64,000 bases of DNA from an uncultured Chloroflexia bacterium (lineage in GTDB: Bacteria; Chloroflexota; Limnocylindria; Limnocylindrales; CSP1-4). A program made the position numbers and the translations under genes. Within the stretch, counting starts at the first letter, position 1. Every line of letters begins with the position of its first letter. This document shows, one piece after another, positions 41,158 to 51,391 of this stretch. Location of the stretch: assembly GCA_963768655.1 (NCBI GenBank), contig CAVYIM010000006.1, forward strand, positions 96,001-160,000, written 5' to 3'. The notes under the pieces are model-generated. The model worked only from the letters and a program-made list of their open reading frames with translations. It was not told the origin of the DNA and made no database searches.

Positions 41158-42633
41158 ATGTGCGGCATCTTCGGCGCGGTGACCCCGGGCATGGATGCGG
41201 CGGCCGTCGCCGCGCTTGGCGTGTTCTCGCTGCAGCACCGCGGCCAGGAGTCCGCCGGGATCGCCGTCAGCGACGGCGAGCAAGTGATGCTCTACAAGGA
41301 TCTGGGCCTGATCGCCCAGGTCCTCGACGAGCGGCGCCTGCCGAGCCTGCGCGGCCCCCTGGCGATCTCCCACTGCCGCTACTCGACGACCGGCTCCACG
41401 GTCTGGGAGAACGCCCAGCCGACCTTCCGCCTGGGACGCGGCCGCTCGATCGCCATCGGCCACAACGGCAACCTGGTCAACACCCGGGAGTTGCTGGCGC
41501 ACCTCGAGGGCGGCAAGTCCAGGCTGTCCGCGACCACCGACACGGAGCTGCTGACCACTCTCCTGGCGGACGACCCCTCCGGGGACACGGTCGAAGCGCT
41601 GAAGCACGTCCTGCCGCTCGTTCAGGGCGCCTACTCGCTGGCCATCCTGGACGAAAGGCGAGTCATCGGCGTGCGCGACCCGTTCGGCTTCCGGCCTCTC
41701 GTCCTGGGGCGGCTTGAAGTGGCAGAGGGCGACCCGGAGGGGCGCCATTCGGGCGGCTGGCTGATCAGCTCGGAATCGGCCGCCATCGAGGTCGCCGGCG
41801 GCATCGTCGTTCGCGACGTGGAGCCGGGCGAGATCGTCATTCTCGAGGAGGGTGCCGAGCCGGTCTCGGTCCGCTTCGCCGAGGGCCACGAGCAACTGTG
41901 CGTCTTCGAGCTGATCTACTTCGGCCGGCCGGACTCGTACATGCTTGGCCGCAACCTCTACGAATCGCGGCGCCGGATGGGCGTGGCCCTCGCGGCCGAG
42001 GCGCCAGCCGCCGCGGACCTCGTCATGCCCGTGCCGGACACCGGAGCACCCGCGGCGGCCGGCTATGCCGAGGGTTCGGGGCTGCCATATCGCGAGGGCA
42101 TGGTCAGAAACCGCTATTCGGGCCGCACCTTCATCCAGCCGTCCCAGGGCATGCGCCAGCGCGGCGTCACCGTCAAGCTGAGCCCGTTGCGCGAGGTCGT
42201 GGCCGGCAAACGGCTCATCGTCGTCGACGACTCGATCGTGCGTGGCACGACCACCCGCCAGATAGTGGCTCTGCTGCGCAAGGCCGGGGCGACCGAAGTC
42301 CATCTCCGCGTCAGCTCGCCGCCGATCCATCATCCCTGCTTCTACGGCATCGACACGCAGATCGAGACCGAACTGATCGCGTCTACCCATTCGGTCGAGG
42401 AGATCCGCGAATTCCTCGGCGCCGACTCGCTCAGCTACCTCTCGATCGGCGGAGTCCTGGCCGCGCTGGACCTGCCATACGACCGCTTCTGCTTCGCCTG
42501 CTTCGACGGGCGCTACCCGGTCCCGGTGCCGTACGACACGACCCGCCACAAGTTCGTCCTCGAAGATGCGGTCGGCGAACCGGTGTCGCAGGGCGAGGCC
42601 GAGGCGCTCGCCAGGACGGCGCCGCATGGATGA
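41158..42633 (+). CDS. purF: Amidophosphoribosyltransferase
   Basis: MCGIFG, LQHRGQESAG, HNGNLVN, VDDSIVRGTT. Confidence 0.98.
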   Translation: MCGIFGAVTPGMDAAAVAALGVFSLQHRGQESAGIAVSDGEQVMLYKDLGLIAQVLDERRLPSLRGPLAISHCRYSTTGSTVWENAQPTFRLGRGRSIAIGHNGNLVNTRELLAHLEGGKSRLSATTDTELLTTLLADDPSGDTVEALKHVLPLVQGAYSLAILDERRVIGVRDPFGFRPLVLGRLEVAEGDPEGRHSGGWLISSESAAIEVAGGIVVRDVEPGEIVILEEGAEPVSVRFAEGHEQLCVFELIYFGRPDSYMLGRNLYESRRRMGVALAAEAPAAADLVMPVPDTGAPAAAGYAEGSGLPYREGMVRNRYSGRTFIQPSQGMRQRGVTVKLSPLREVVAGKRLIVVDDSIVRGTTTRQIVALLRKAGATEVHLRVSSPPIHHPCFYGIDTQIETELIASTHSVEEIREFLGADSLSYLSIGGVLAALDLPYDRFCFACFDGRYPVPVPYDTTRHKFVLEDAVGEPVSQGEAEALARTAPHG

Positions 42634-43768
42634 GGTGCGCGGCGGCGCGGCGAGCGGCGCCAAGTCCGGCGGCGCCTGGGACGCGTACCGCCGCGCCGGC
42701 GTGGACATCGACGCGGGCGAACGGGCCGTGGACCTGATGCGGGCCTCCGTCGACGCCACGCGCCGGCCGGAGGTCATCGGCGGGCTGGGCGGCTTCGCTT
42801 CGGCGATGGCCCTGCCGGCAGGCATGCGCGAGCCGATCCTGGTCGGCTCCACGGATGGCGTCGGAACCAAGACGGCGATCGCGATGGCGCTGGGCCGATA
42901 CGACACGGTCGGCCACGACCTCGTGGCGATGTGCGCCGACGACCTGGTCTGCGCCGGGGCGGAGCCGCTCTTCTTCCTCGACTACGTGGCCGTGGGCCGA
43001 GTCTTCCCGGAGCGCGTGGCGGCGATCGTCGGCTCCGTGGCCGACGGCTGTCGCCTGGCCGGCTGCGCGCTGATCGGCGGCGAGACGGCCGAGCACCCGG
43101 GCCTGATGGAGCCCGACGAGTTCGACCTGGCCGGCTTCTGCGTCGGCGTCGTCGAGCGCGACCGGCTGCTCGACGGGACGGCGGCGCGGGCCGGCGACGC
43201 CCTGATCGGAATCGCCGCCTCCGGGCTGCACAGCAACGGCTTCTCGCTGGTGCGCCGGATCGTGGCCGACGCGGGCGTGGACCTGGGCGAGGGCTACGCG
43301 GATGTCGTGTGCCGGATCCTGGGCCCGGAGACGGCGCCGGAGCCGGAGACGGCCGACCTGACTCTCGGCGAGGTGCTGCTGACGCCGACCCGGATCTATT
43401 CGAAGGCGATCCTGGCGCTGCGGCGGCGCCTGGACGAGGCGGGCGCCTCTCTGGCGGGCGCGGCCCACATCACCGGCGGCGGCCTGCCCGGCAACGTGCC
43501 GCGGGTTCTGCCCGACGGTCTCGGGGCGCGCCTCCATCCGGGCGTCTGGCCGATGCCTTCGGTCATGAGGCTGATGGGAGCGCTCGGCGGGCTTTCTGGG
43601 GCCGAGCTGCGCTCGACCTTCAACGGCGGCCTGGGGATGGTCTGCGTCGTCCCGACCGGGGCCGAGAGGACGGCGGTTTCGAGCCTGGACGAAGACGGCC
43701 TGGCAGCCTGGCAGGTCGGCGAGGTGGTGACAATCGACGCGCAGGCGGCGCGCTATTCGGAGTCCTAG
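42626..43768 (+). CDS. purM: AIR synthetase (phosphoribosylformylglycinamidine cyclo-ligase)
   Basis: YRRAGVDID, TDGVGTK, GGETAEHPG, GLHSNGFSL, HITGGG. Confidence 0.97.
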   Translation: MDEVRGGAASGAKSGGAWDAYRRAGVDIDAGERAVDLMRASVDATRRPEVIGGLGGFASAMALPAGMREPILVGSTDGVGTKTAIAMALGRYDTVGHDLVAMCADDLVCAGAEPLFFLDYVAVGRVFPERVAAIVGSVADGCRLAGCALIGGETAEHPGLMEPDEFDLAGFCVGVVERDRLLDGTAARAGDALIGIAASGLHSNGFSLVRRIVADAGVDLGEGYADVVCRILGPETAPEPETADLTLGEVLLTPTRIYSKAILALRRRLDEAGASLAGAAHITGGGLPGNVPRVLPDGLGARLHPGVWPMPSVMRLMGALGGLSGAELRSTFNGGLGMVCVVPTGAERTAVSSLDEDGLAAWQVGEVVTIDAQAARYSES

Positions 43769-43804
43769 CGGAACCTGACGGAGTCGACACGGAGGAGGAG
43801 CAGC

Positions 43805-46072
43805 GTGGCGCATCGGATCGCGGTTGGCGTTTCTGGAACCGGCAGCAACCTGCGTGCCCTGCACGCCCTGGCGTCGCGCTGCGCGCTCGACGCGGAGATA
43901 GCCCTGGTCTTCGCCGATCGCCCCTGCGCCGCCCTGGATTGGGCCGTGGAGCAGGGGCTCGAGACGCTGCTCGTGCCGGCAGCGCCACGGGGCGACGCCG
44001 CCGCCCGGGCCGCCGAAGACGCCATCCTCGCCGAGTCGGTCGGGGCCGTCTCGCCCGAGCTGGTGGTGCTGGCGGGCTACATGCGGCTCGCGGGTCCGGC
44101 GATGCTGGCCGCGTTTGCGGGCCGGATGATCAATCTCCACCCGGCCCTGTTGCCGGCGTTCCCCGGTGCGCACGGCGTGCGTGACGCGCTCACCGCCGGG
44201 GTCAAGGTGACGGGCGTGACCGTCCATTTCGTCGACGACTCGCTCGACGGCGGCCCGATCATCGTCCAGGAGGCCGTCCCGGTCCTGCCCAACGACACCG
44301 AGGAAACGCTGTTCGAGCGCATCCACGCGGTCGAGCACCGGCTGCTCCCGCGCGCGGTCGGCCTGTTCCTGGCCGGCGCGCTCTCGATCGAGCCGGAGGG
44401 TCGAACCGTCTGCATCGACGCCTCGAAGGCTGCCGCGAAGATGCCGGTCCCGCGCCGGGCCCTGCTCTCGGTCTCCGACAAGACCGGCCTGCCCGAATTC
44501 GGGGCCGGCCTGGTTCGCCTGGGCTTCGAGCTGGTCTCCACCGGCGGCACGGCTCGGGCGCTTCGCGCCGCGGGCCTGCCCGTCACCGACGTGGCGGCGG
44601 TCACCGGCTTCCCGGAGATGCTCGACGGGCGGGTCAAGACGCTCCACCCGCGGGTCCACGCGGGGATCCTGGCCGATCGCCGCGTGACCGCCCACCGCGA
44701 GCAGCTGGCCGCCGCCGCAATCGACCCGTTCGAGCTCGTCGTCGTCAACCTCTATCCGTTCGCCGCAGCGGCCGAACGGCCCGGCATCTCCTTCGAAGAC
44801 CTGGTCGAGGAGATCGACATCGGTGGGCCCTCGATGGTCCGCGCGGCCGCGAAGAACCACGCCTCCGTGGCGATCGTGACCTCGCCGGCTCGCTACGAGT
44901 CGGTTCTCGCCGCGATCGAGCGCGACGGTCGAGTGGGGGAGGGGCTCCGCTCCGCGCTGGCAGTCGAGGCGTTCCGCCATACCGGCGCCTACGACGCCCG
45001 CATCGCCGCGGAGCTGCCCGGCCGGATGGCCGAGGAGGGTTGCGGCCTGCCGGACGAGCCGGGCCTCCCCGGCGCCACCGACCCGTACCCGCCGGTCCTG
45101 GTCATCGGCCTGGAGAAGGTCGAGACGCTGCGGTACGGCGAGAACCCGCACCAGCAGGCCGCCCGGTACCGCCGCCCCGGCACGAAGAAGTGGGCCGGGC
45201 CGTTCGCCCTGGGCGGCTCGATCCTGCAGGGCAAGGCCCTGAGCTACAACAACGTGCTCGACGCCTCGGGCGCGTACAACATCGCCCGCCAGCTGCGCGG
45301 TCCGGCGGTCGTGATCGTCAAGCACACCAACCCGTGCGGCGCCGCGGAGCGCGCCACCCTCGAGGAGGCGTGGCTGGACGCTCTGGCCGGCGACCCGGTC
45401 TCGGCCTACGGCGGCGTCGTGGCCCTGACCCGCGAAGTCGACGCCGCCACGGCCGCAGGCCTGGCGTCGATCTTCCTGGAAGTGATCGTGGCGCCGTCCT
45501 ACTCGGCGGCCGCCCTGCAGATCCTCTCGAAGAAGGCGAACCTGCGGCTGTTGGAGGATTCGGTCCTCGGATCGGACGAGCTCGCGCCCCCGCCCGATCC
45601 GACGGGCTCTCTGCGCGTCGCCGGCGGCGCGGTGCTGGTCACCGCCCCGGACGTCCTGCCCGACGACCCGAAGACGTGGAAGATGGTCACGTCGCGGGCG
45701 CCGTCAGCCGGGGAGCTGCGCGACCTGGATCTGGCCTGGCGGCTGTGCCGCAGCGTCGTCTCGAACGCGATCGTGCTGGTCAAGGATGGCATGGAGATCG
45801 GCCTCGGGTCGGGCCAGACGAGCCGGGTCGACGCCGCCCGCCAGGCCGTCGCCAAGGCCGTCGCCTTCCACGGCGCCGACGCGCTGAAGGGCGCCGCCTG
45901 CGGCTCGGACGCGTTCTACCCGTTCCCCGACGCGTTGGAGGTCTGTCTCGAGGCGGGCGTCACCGCCTACGCCCAGCCCGGCGGCTCCATGCGGGACGCC
46001 GAAGTCATCGCCGTCGCCGAGGCCGCCGGCGCCGCGATGATGGTCACGGGAGTGCGCCACTTCCGGCACTAG
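43805..46072 (+). CDS. purH: PurN-PurH fusion (GAR formyltransferase + IMP cyclohydrolase/AICAR transformylase)
   Basis: SGTGSNL and NLHPALLP (PurN), then in frame RALLSVSDK, GRVKTLHP, LRYGENPHQ, SDAFYPF, GVRHFRH (PurH). Confidence 0.95.
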   Translation: MAHRIAVGVSGTGSNLRALHALASRCALDAEIALVFADRPCAALDWAVEQGLETLLVPAAPRGDAAARAAEDAILAESVGAVSPELVVLAGYMRLAGPAMLAAFAGRMINLHPALLPAFPGAHGVRDALTAGVKVTGVTVHFVDDSLDGGPIIVQEAVPVLPNDTEETLFERIHAVEHRLLPRAVGLFLAGALSIEPEGRTVCIDASKAAAKMPVPRRALLSVSDKTGLPEFGAGLVRLGFELVSTGGTARALRAAGLPVTDVAAVTGFPEMLDGRVKTLHPRVHAGILADRRVTAHREQLAAAAIDPFELVVVNLYPFAAAAERPGISFEDLVEEIDIGGPSMVRAAAKNHASVAIVTSPARYESVLAAIERDGRVGEGLRSALAVEAFRHTGAYDARIAAELPGRMAEEGCGLPDEPGLPGATDPYPPVLVIGLEKVETLRYGENPHQQAARYRRPGTKKWAGPFALGGSILQGKALSYNNVLDASGAYNIARQLRGPAVVIVKHTNPCGAAERATLEEAWLDALAGDPVSAYGGVVALTREVDAATAAGLASIFLEVIVAPSYSAAALQILSKKANLRLLEDSVLGSDELAPPPDPTGSLRVAGGAVLVTAPDVLPDDPKTWKMVTSRAPSAGELRDLDLAWRLCRSVVSNAIVLVKDGMEIGLGSGQTSRVDAARQAVAKAVAFHGADALKGAACGSDAFYPFPDALEVCLEAGVTAYAQPGGSMRDAEVIAVAEAAGAAMMVTGVRHFRH

Positions 46073-46104
46073 GAGGGGCGGCGAGTGCGAGGTCGTCGGT
46101 CGTG

Positions 46105-47388
46105 ATGATGTGGAAGGCCGGGCGAGGGCTCAGCTCGGCCGCGACCAATTCGGCGAGGCTGTGTTCGCGGACCCGACGGGGAACCGCCGGCGTCGTCGCC
46201 CTGGCCACGACGTTCCTGGCGGTGGCCGTGGCGGGTTGCGGCTCGCCGGCGGCGAGCGTCTCCCCGTACGTCAGCCCTGCCCCTGCCCTCACGCCTGGAG
46301 CGAGCGCCAGCCCGACCACGGTGGCCACATCCGGTGCGTCCGCCTCGCCGCCCCAGGAGGGTGGCACCTTCAGGGACGGCGGGAGCCCGGCGGCCAATCT
46401 CGATTTCAGTCTCGCAACTCTTCTTCTCGACGGACGGGTCCTGTTCGCCGGCGGGCTCGAAGGTACTTCGGAGTTGTACGACCCGACGACCGGGACATTC
46501 CACCCAAGCGGATCGGGCCTTGGACGGTCCAATGACACGGCCACGCTTCTGCGCGATGGTCGGGTGCTCATCGTCGGGGGCGTCGACGCCGCGAGCCCGT
46601 ACGGAGACTACACGGCGTCAGCGGAGCTGTACGACCCCACAACCGGGACGTTCAGCCCGACCGGCAACATGGCAACCGCCCGGGAGAACCAGACCGCGAC
46701 GCTGCTCGGGGATGGTCGCGTACTCATCGTCGGGGGCGATCAGGAAGCTGGCGCCGACGACAACGCTCTGGCCTCGGCCGAGCTGTTCGACCCGGCCACC
46801 GGCAAGTTCAGCCCGACGGGGTCACTCAGGACCGCCCAGACCGGTCAGACTGCCACTCTCCTCAATGACGGCAGGGTCCTCATCGCCGGCGGCCTGGATA
46901 ACTCGAGCAATGTCGCTCAATCGGAGCTGTACGACCCGGCCACCGGCAAGTTCGGCCTGACCGGCTCGATGATGACCCCGCGTAGCGGCCAGACCGCCAC
47001 GCTCCTGTCAGACGGCCGCGTTCTCATGGCGGGAGGTTCAGACAACGCCAATCAGTCCCTCTCGTCGGCAGAGATCTACGACCCCGCGACGGGCAGGTTC
47101 ACCCGTACCGGCTCGATGACTGAGACCCGTGATAACTTCCTCGCCACGCGACTCCTGGATGGTCGAGTTCTCCTGGCGGGTTGCGGTAACGCTTGCACCG
47201 ACGATTCGGCCGAGCTGTACGACCCTGGCACCGGAACCTTCACGGCTACCGGCTCCCTGCCGCCTGGGCTTGCGGCACAGACCGCCACGCTGCTGCCCGA
47301 CGGACGAGTTCTGCTCCTACTGGAGGACCACTCCCCCGAAACGAGCGGCAAACCACCTGTGGCCACGGCCGAGCTGTACCAACCCTGA
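46105..47388 (+). CDS. Kelch-repeat lipoprotein
   Basis: VAGC lipobox; repeats TATLLxDGRVLxxGG...AELYDP. Start uncertain. Confidence 0.85.
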   Translation: MMWKAGRGLSSAATNSARLCSRTRRGTAGVVALATTFLAVAVAGCGSPAASVSPYVSPAPALTPGASASPTTVATSGASASPPQEGGTFRDGGSPAANLDFSLATLLLDGRVLFAGGLEGTSELYDPTTGTFHPSGSGLGRSNDTATLLRDGRVLIVGGVDAASPYGDYTASAELYDPTTGTFSPTGNMATARENQTATLLGDGRVLIVGGDQEAGADDNALASAELFDPATGKFSPTGSLRTAQTGQTATLLNDGRVLIAGGLDNSSNVAQSELYDPATGKFGLTGSMMTPRSGQTATLLSDGRVLMAGGSDNANQSLSSAEIYDPATGRFTRTGSMTETRDNFLATRLLDGRVLLAGCGNACTDDSAELYDPGTGTFTATGSLPPGLAAQTATLLPDGRVLLLLEDHSPETSGKPPVATAELYQP

Positions 47389-47674
47389 TAGCCTCGAACG
47401 CCCTGCCGTCTCGGGTGCGATCAGGAGTCTCACTGGCCGGGCTTCGCGGGCCGCGGTAGGAATATCGGGCCCTTTCCCGCGCCACTCGCCGGGGTAGACT
47501 GCGCCAGTCGCCGTTGTGGTCGAGTGGAGGTCGTGTTCTGTGGCGCTGTCGACTCGCGGCAAAGTTGCGGCCGGACGCCCTTCGGGCGGTCACGGACAGG
47601 CCGCCAGTTCGATCGCCGCCGGCAACCTGACGACCGCGGCGGGCTCAGGGCTGCCCGTGCCGAGGTCCGAGTTG

Positions 47675-48691
47675 ATGTCTGCCGGACGAAGCATCGTCCG
47701 CTGCATGAGACGCGTCACGGCCGGGACCGATCCGAGCCGCTACGCCGCCGGCGACGTCACCCAGCTGCTCGGCGACGCGGCCCGCATCGGTGCGCTGGCC
47801 AGCATCCTCGACCCGGCCGCCGGCTTGGTCTCGCTCGCCGCCGTGGGTTCGGGCGCCGGCGCCGAAGGCGATTCGCCCGACGAAGTGGTAGAGCGGCTCC
47901 GCCGCAACTTCGGCCAGCTCGGATACCTGCAGGGTGTGCTCGACGAGAACCTCAGCCAGCTCGACGGGCAGCTCGCCGGGCTGGACGGACTCCCGGACGG
48001 CCCGGCGGCCGCTGAGCTGCCCGAGCTGCCGGCCGACCTGGCGGCACTTTCGGACGGGGAGCTTCGCGCGGCCCGGTCTGCCTGGGCCGTCCGCGCGGAC
48101 GCCGATTTCGACGCCCTCATTCGGGCGCAGGAAGAGATGAACGACCTCGACGATCGCCGGCGCAACCTCGACCATCAGGTCGACGCGATGAGCGATCTCC
48201 TGGCCCGCCTCGACGAGGCCGGCACCACTCTCGTGCCCGCCCACCTCGGAGACACGCTCTGTTACGGCCTCGGCTGGCACCTCGCCGGCGACTCGACGCG
48301 AATGTGCGGGTCGCTGCGAGAAAGTCGAGCGCAGGCCAGGGCTTCCGCGAGACCAACCGTGGCCGCGGCTCAGATGCCCGCGGCGGCGCCGGCTTCCTCG
48401 GCGGCTGGCCCGGCTGCGACGACGCCCTCTCCCGCCAGGTCCAGGGGCACGCCCTTCGCCGAATGGGCGGCGGCCAACAAGTTCGAAGGCGGCCGGCTCG
48501 CGATCCTGCAGTCCCTGGCCGGGTTGCAGCGCTGGTGCGGCTTTTACGACGCGCTGACCGGCACGATCCAGCGTCAGCTGGTCCAGCTCCGGGCGCACGC
48601 CGACGCGGCCAGCGCGGCACGGCGCCTTCTCTCGGCGGAGCTGCAGCGCCGCGCCCTCGAGGCGAGCGACAAGCCGGCGTCCGCCAGCTGA
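47675..48691 (+). CDS. Hypothetical alpha-helical/coiled-coil protein
   Basis: Long ORF with host-like codon pattern and heptad-like L/E/R content; start uncertain. Confidence 0.55.
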   Translation: MSAGRSIVRCMRRVTAGTDPSRYAAGDVTQLLGDAARIGALASILDPAAGLVSLAAVGSGAGAEGDSPDEVVERLRRNFGQLGYLQGVLDENLSQLDGQLAGLDGLPDGPAAAELPELPADLAALSDGELRAARSAWAVRADADFDALIRAQEEMNDLDDRRRNLDHQVDAMSDLLARLDEAGTTLVPAHLGDTLCYGLGWHLAGDSTRMCGSLRESRAQARASARPTVAAAQMPAAAPASSAAGPAATTPSPARSRGTPFAEWAAANKFEGGRLAILQSLAGLQRWCGFYDALTGTIQRQLVQLRAHADAASAARRLLSAELQRRALEASDKPASAS

Positions 48692-48831
48692 TTCCGGGTC
48701 GAAGCACGGTCGATCGCTCGGCGGCCAGGGACCGTCGAGCCGAAGCGCCGCGCCTGGGGGCAGTGCATGGCCCGCCGCGGCCGACCAGCGCGGCTAACCG
48801 TGGCGTGTCGGCCCTGATACCATCGGGCTCC

Positions 48832-50472
48832 ATGAGCCCACAAGATCGCTACTACATCACCACGTCCATCGCGTATGCCAACAACCGCCCCGGCCTCCAC
48901 ACCCTGTACGAGGTCATCGGGGCTGATGTCCTGGCGCGATGGCACCGCATGAAGGGCGATCGGACGCGATTCCTGACCGGCATCGACGAGCATTCGGTCA
49001 ACATCGCCCAGCGCGCGGCGGAGCTGGGCATGACGCCCAAGGCCTTCGTCGACGAAAACGTGGCGCTCTTCAAGGCGGCCGAGGACGCGCTGCTCATCAG
49101 CCCCGACCGCTTCATCCGGACGACGGATCCGGACCACATCCGGGCTGCCCAGGAGATGGTCCGCCGGGCCCATGCCAACGGCGACATCTACGTCGGCGAC
49201 TACGAGGGCTGGTACTGCCCGGCGGAAGGGTTCAAGACGCCTTCCGACGTGATCGAGACGGCCCAGGGAACCCGCTGCCCGAACCATCCGACGGTCGAGC
49301 TGCAGTGGCTGTCCGAGCATAACTGGTTCCTGCGCCTGTCGGCCTACCAGGCGCGCCTGGAGAAATTCTTCGAGGACCATCCCGACTTCGTCCAGCCCGA
49401 CTTCAGGCGCAACGAGATGCTGGGGTTCATCCGCGGTGGTCTCGAGGACTTCTCGATCAGCCGGTCGGGGACCGCCTGGGGCATCCCGTTCCCGATCATG
49501 CCCGACGGCTCGTCCGCCCAGCTTCCCGACGGCAGCTGGAATCCCGATGCCGGCACTATCTACGTCTGGTATGACGCCCTGATCAACTACGTCACCGGCG
49601 CCGGCTTCCCCGACGACCGCGAGGCCTTCGAGAGCTGGTGGCCGGCCGACCTGCACGTCATCGGCAAGGACATCGCTCGTTTCCACTCGATCTACTGGCC
49701 GGCGATGCTCTGGAGCGCCGGGCTGGAGGCACCGCGCCGGGTCTGGGTTCACGGCTGGTTGCTGGCCCAGGGCGAGCGCATGAGCAAGAGCCTGGGCAAC
49801 TTCCTCGACCCGCTGGACGTCGTCCACACCCTCGGATCCGACGGCGCCCGATACGTGACGCTGCGCGAGGTCGCCTTCGACCGCGACACGGACGTGTCGT
49901 GGGAATCGTTCGTGCGTCGCTACAACGCCGACCTGGCGAACGACTTCGGCAACCTGCTGAACCGGACCGTTTCGATGGCGAACCGCTACTTCGAAGGCGA
50001 GCGCCCGGCGGTGGGGCCGGCGGCCGGCCTGGCCGCGGCCTGGACCGGGACGCTGGCGACCTACATCGATCGCCTCGAGGGCTGCCTGCTGCACGATGCC
50101 CTCGCGGCCCTGTGGGAGTTCGTCGGGGCGGCGAATCGGCTCGTGGACGCGGAGCAGCCGTGGGCGCTGGCGAAGGCCGCCAGGGCGGGCGACGCGGAAG
50201 CCGGAACGCGGCTCCGGGCGGTGCTGGGCGACCTGGTCGAGGCCTGCCGCCTCGTATCGCTGGCGGCGGCCCCGTTCATTCCGCGGGCCGCTGCGCGGGC
50301 GCTGGCCCAGCTCGGCTACGAATACGGCTACGCCGCCGACGGCACTGGCGGGCCGGCGATCCTCGAGGAACTGCACTGGGGCGCTCGGGCCGCCGAAACG
50401 GGCCACCTCGGCGCCGCCGAGCCGCTCTTCCCGCGCCTCGAGACCGAGGCCGCGACCCCGGCCGCAGGCTAG
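48832..50472 (+). CDS. metG: Methionine--tRNA ligase (short form)
   Basis: YYITTSIAYAN, FLTGIDEH, FIRTTD, YVWYDAL, IGKDIARFH, RMSKSLGN, YNADLANDFGNL. Confidence 0.95.
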   Translation: MSPQDRYYITTSIAYANNRPGLHTLYEVIGADVLARWHRMKGDRTRFLTGIDEHSVNIAQRAAELGMTPKAFVDENVALFKAAEDALLISPDRFIRTTDPDHIRAAQEMVRRAHANGDIYVGDYEGWYCPAEGFKTPSDVIETAQGTRCPNHPTVELQWLSEHNWFLRLSAYQARLEKFFEDHPDFVQPDFRRNEMLGFIRGGLEDFSISRSGTAWGIPFPIMPDGSSAQLPDGSWNPDAGTIYVWYDALINYVTGAGFPDDREAFESWWPADLHVIGKDIARFHSIYWPAMLWSAGLEAPRRVWVHGWLLAQGERMSKSLGNFLDPLDVVHTLGSDGARYVTLREVAFDRDTDVSWESFVRRYNADLANDFGNLLNRTVSMANRYFEGERPAVGPAAGLAAAWTGTLATYIDRLEGCLLHDALAALWEFVGAANRLVDAEQPWALAKAARAGDAEAGTRLRAVLGDLVEACRLVSLAAAPFIPRAAARALAQLGYEYGYAADGTGGPAILEELHWGARAAETGHLGAAEPLFPRLETEAATPAAG

Positions 50473-50487
50473 CTCGGGCGGGCGGCC

Positions 50488-51339
50488 GTGCGCCTGATCG
50501 ACAGCCACGCCCATCTGCAGTCCGAGCCGTTCGAGACCGATCGGGCGGCAGTCATCGAAGCCTCCTTCGATGCCGGGGTCGAGCGTCTGCTCGTGCCCGC
50601 CTGGGACGCCGGGTCGTCCGCTCGGGCGCTGGCCCTGGCGCAGGCCGATCCTCACATCGACGCGGCGGTGGGCGTCCACCCGCACGACGCCTCGGCCTGT
50701 TCCGAAGCCGATTGGTCGGAGGTCGTCCGCCTGGCTGCCGATCCGAGCGTCGTGGCGATAGGCGAAACCGGCCTGGACTTCGACCGCATGTATTCCCCGC
50801 CGGAGGCGCAGCTCGCCAACCTCCGACGCCACCTGCGCCTGGCCCTGGACACGGGCAAGCCGGCGATCCTGCATTGCCGTTCCGCGGAGGGGCGCCGAGA
50901 TGCCCAGGACGCGCTCCTCGCCGAGCTCCGGGCCGCCGGCTGCGGGGGAGAGGCGGCGCGCGCCGTCTTCGGAGATCGTCCGCCCGCGGTGCTCCACTCC
51001 TTCTCCGGACCTGTCGACTACGCCGAGGCCGCGCTGGAGCTCGGGCTCGCCATCTCGTTCAGTGGCCTGGTGTTCCGTCGAGGCGAAGAGGCGTCCGCCC
51101 AGGTCGCGCGGCTCGTCCCCGTTGAGCGGCTGCTGATCGAGACCGACTCCCCGTACCTCGCGCCTCCGGGCGTCCCGCGGGGCTCCGTGCCCGGTTTCGG
51201 CGGCCGGCGCAACTCGCCGCCGTGGGTCCGCGTCACCGGGGAGTGGCTCGCGCGGCAGCGCGGCGTGAGCCCCGATAGCATTGGCACAGGCCTCGTCGCC
51301 GCGTACGACGCCACTTTCCGGAGCCACTCCCCGGGCTGA
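50488..51339 (+). CDS. tatD: TatD family DNase
   Basis: IDSHAHL, GVHPH, IGETGLD, LHCR, LHSFSG, IETDSPY; follows metG. Confidence 0.95.
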   Translation: MRLIDSHAHLQSEPFETDRAAVIEASFDAGVERLLVPAWDAGSSARALALAQADPHIDAAVGVHPHDASACSEADWSEVVRLAADPSVVAIGETGLDFDRMYSPPEAQLANLRRHLRLALDTGKPAILHCRSAEGRRDAQDALLAELRAAGCGGEAARAVFGDRPPAVLHSFSGPVDYAEAALELGLAISFSGLVFRRGEEASAQVARLVPVERLLIETDSPYLAPPGVPRGSVPGFGGRRNSPPWVRVTGEWLARQRGVSPDSIGTGLVAAYDATFRSHSPG

Positions 51340-51391
51340 AGGCACGCCGGGCTCGTGGACCGCCGGAATGCCAGCCATCGAGGAGACGACC

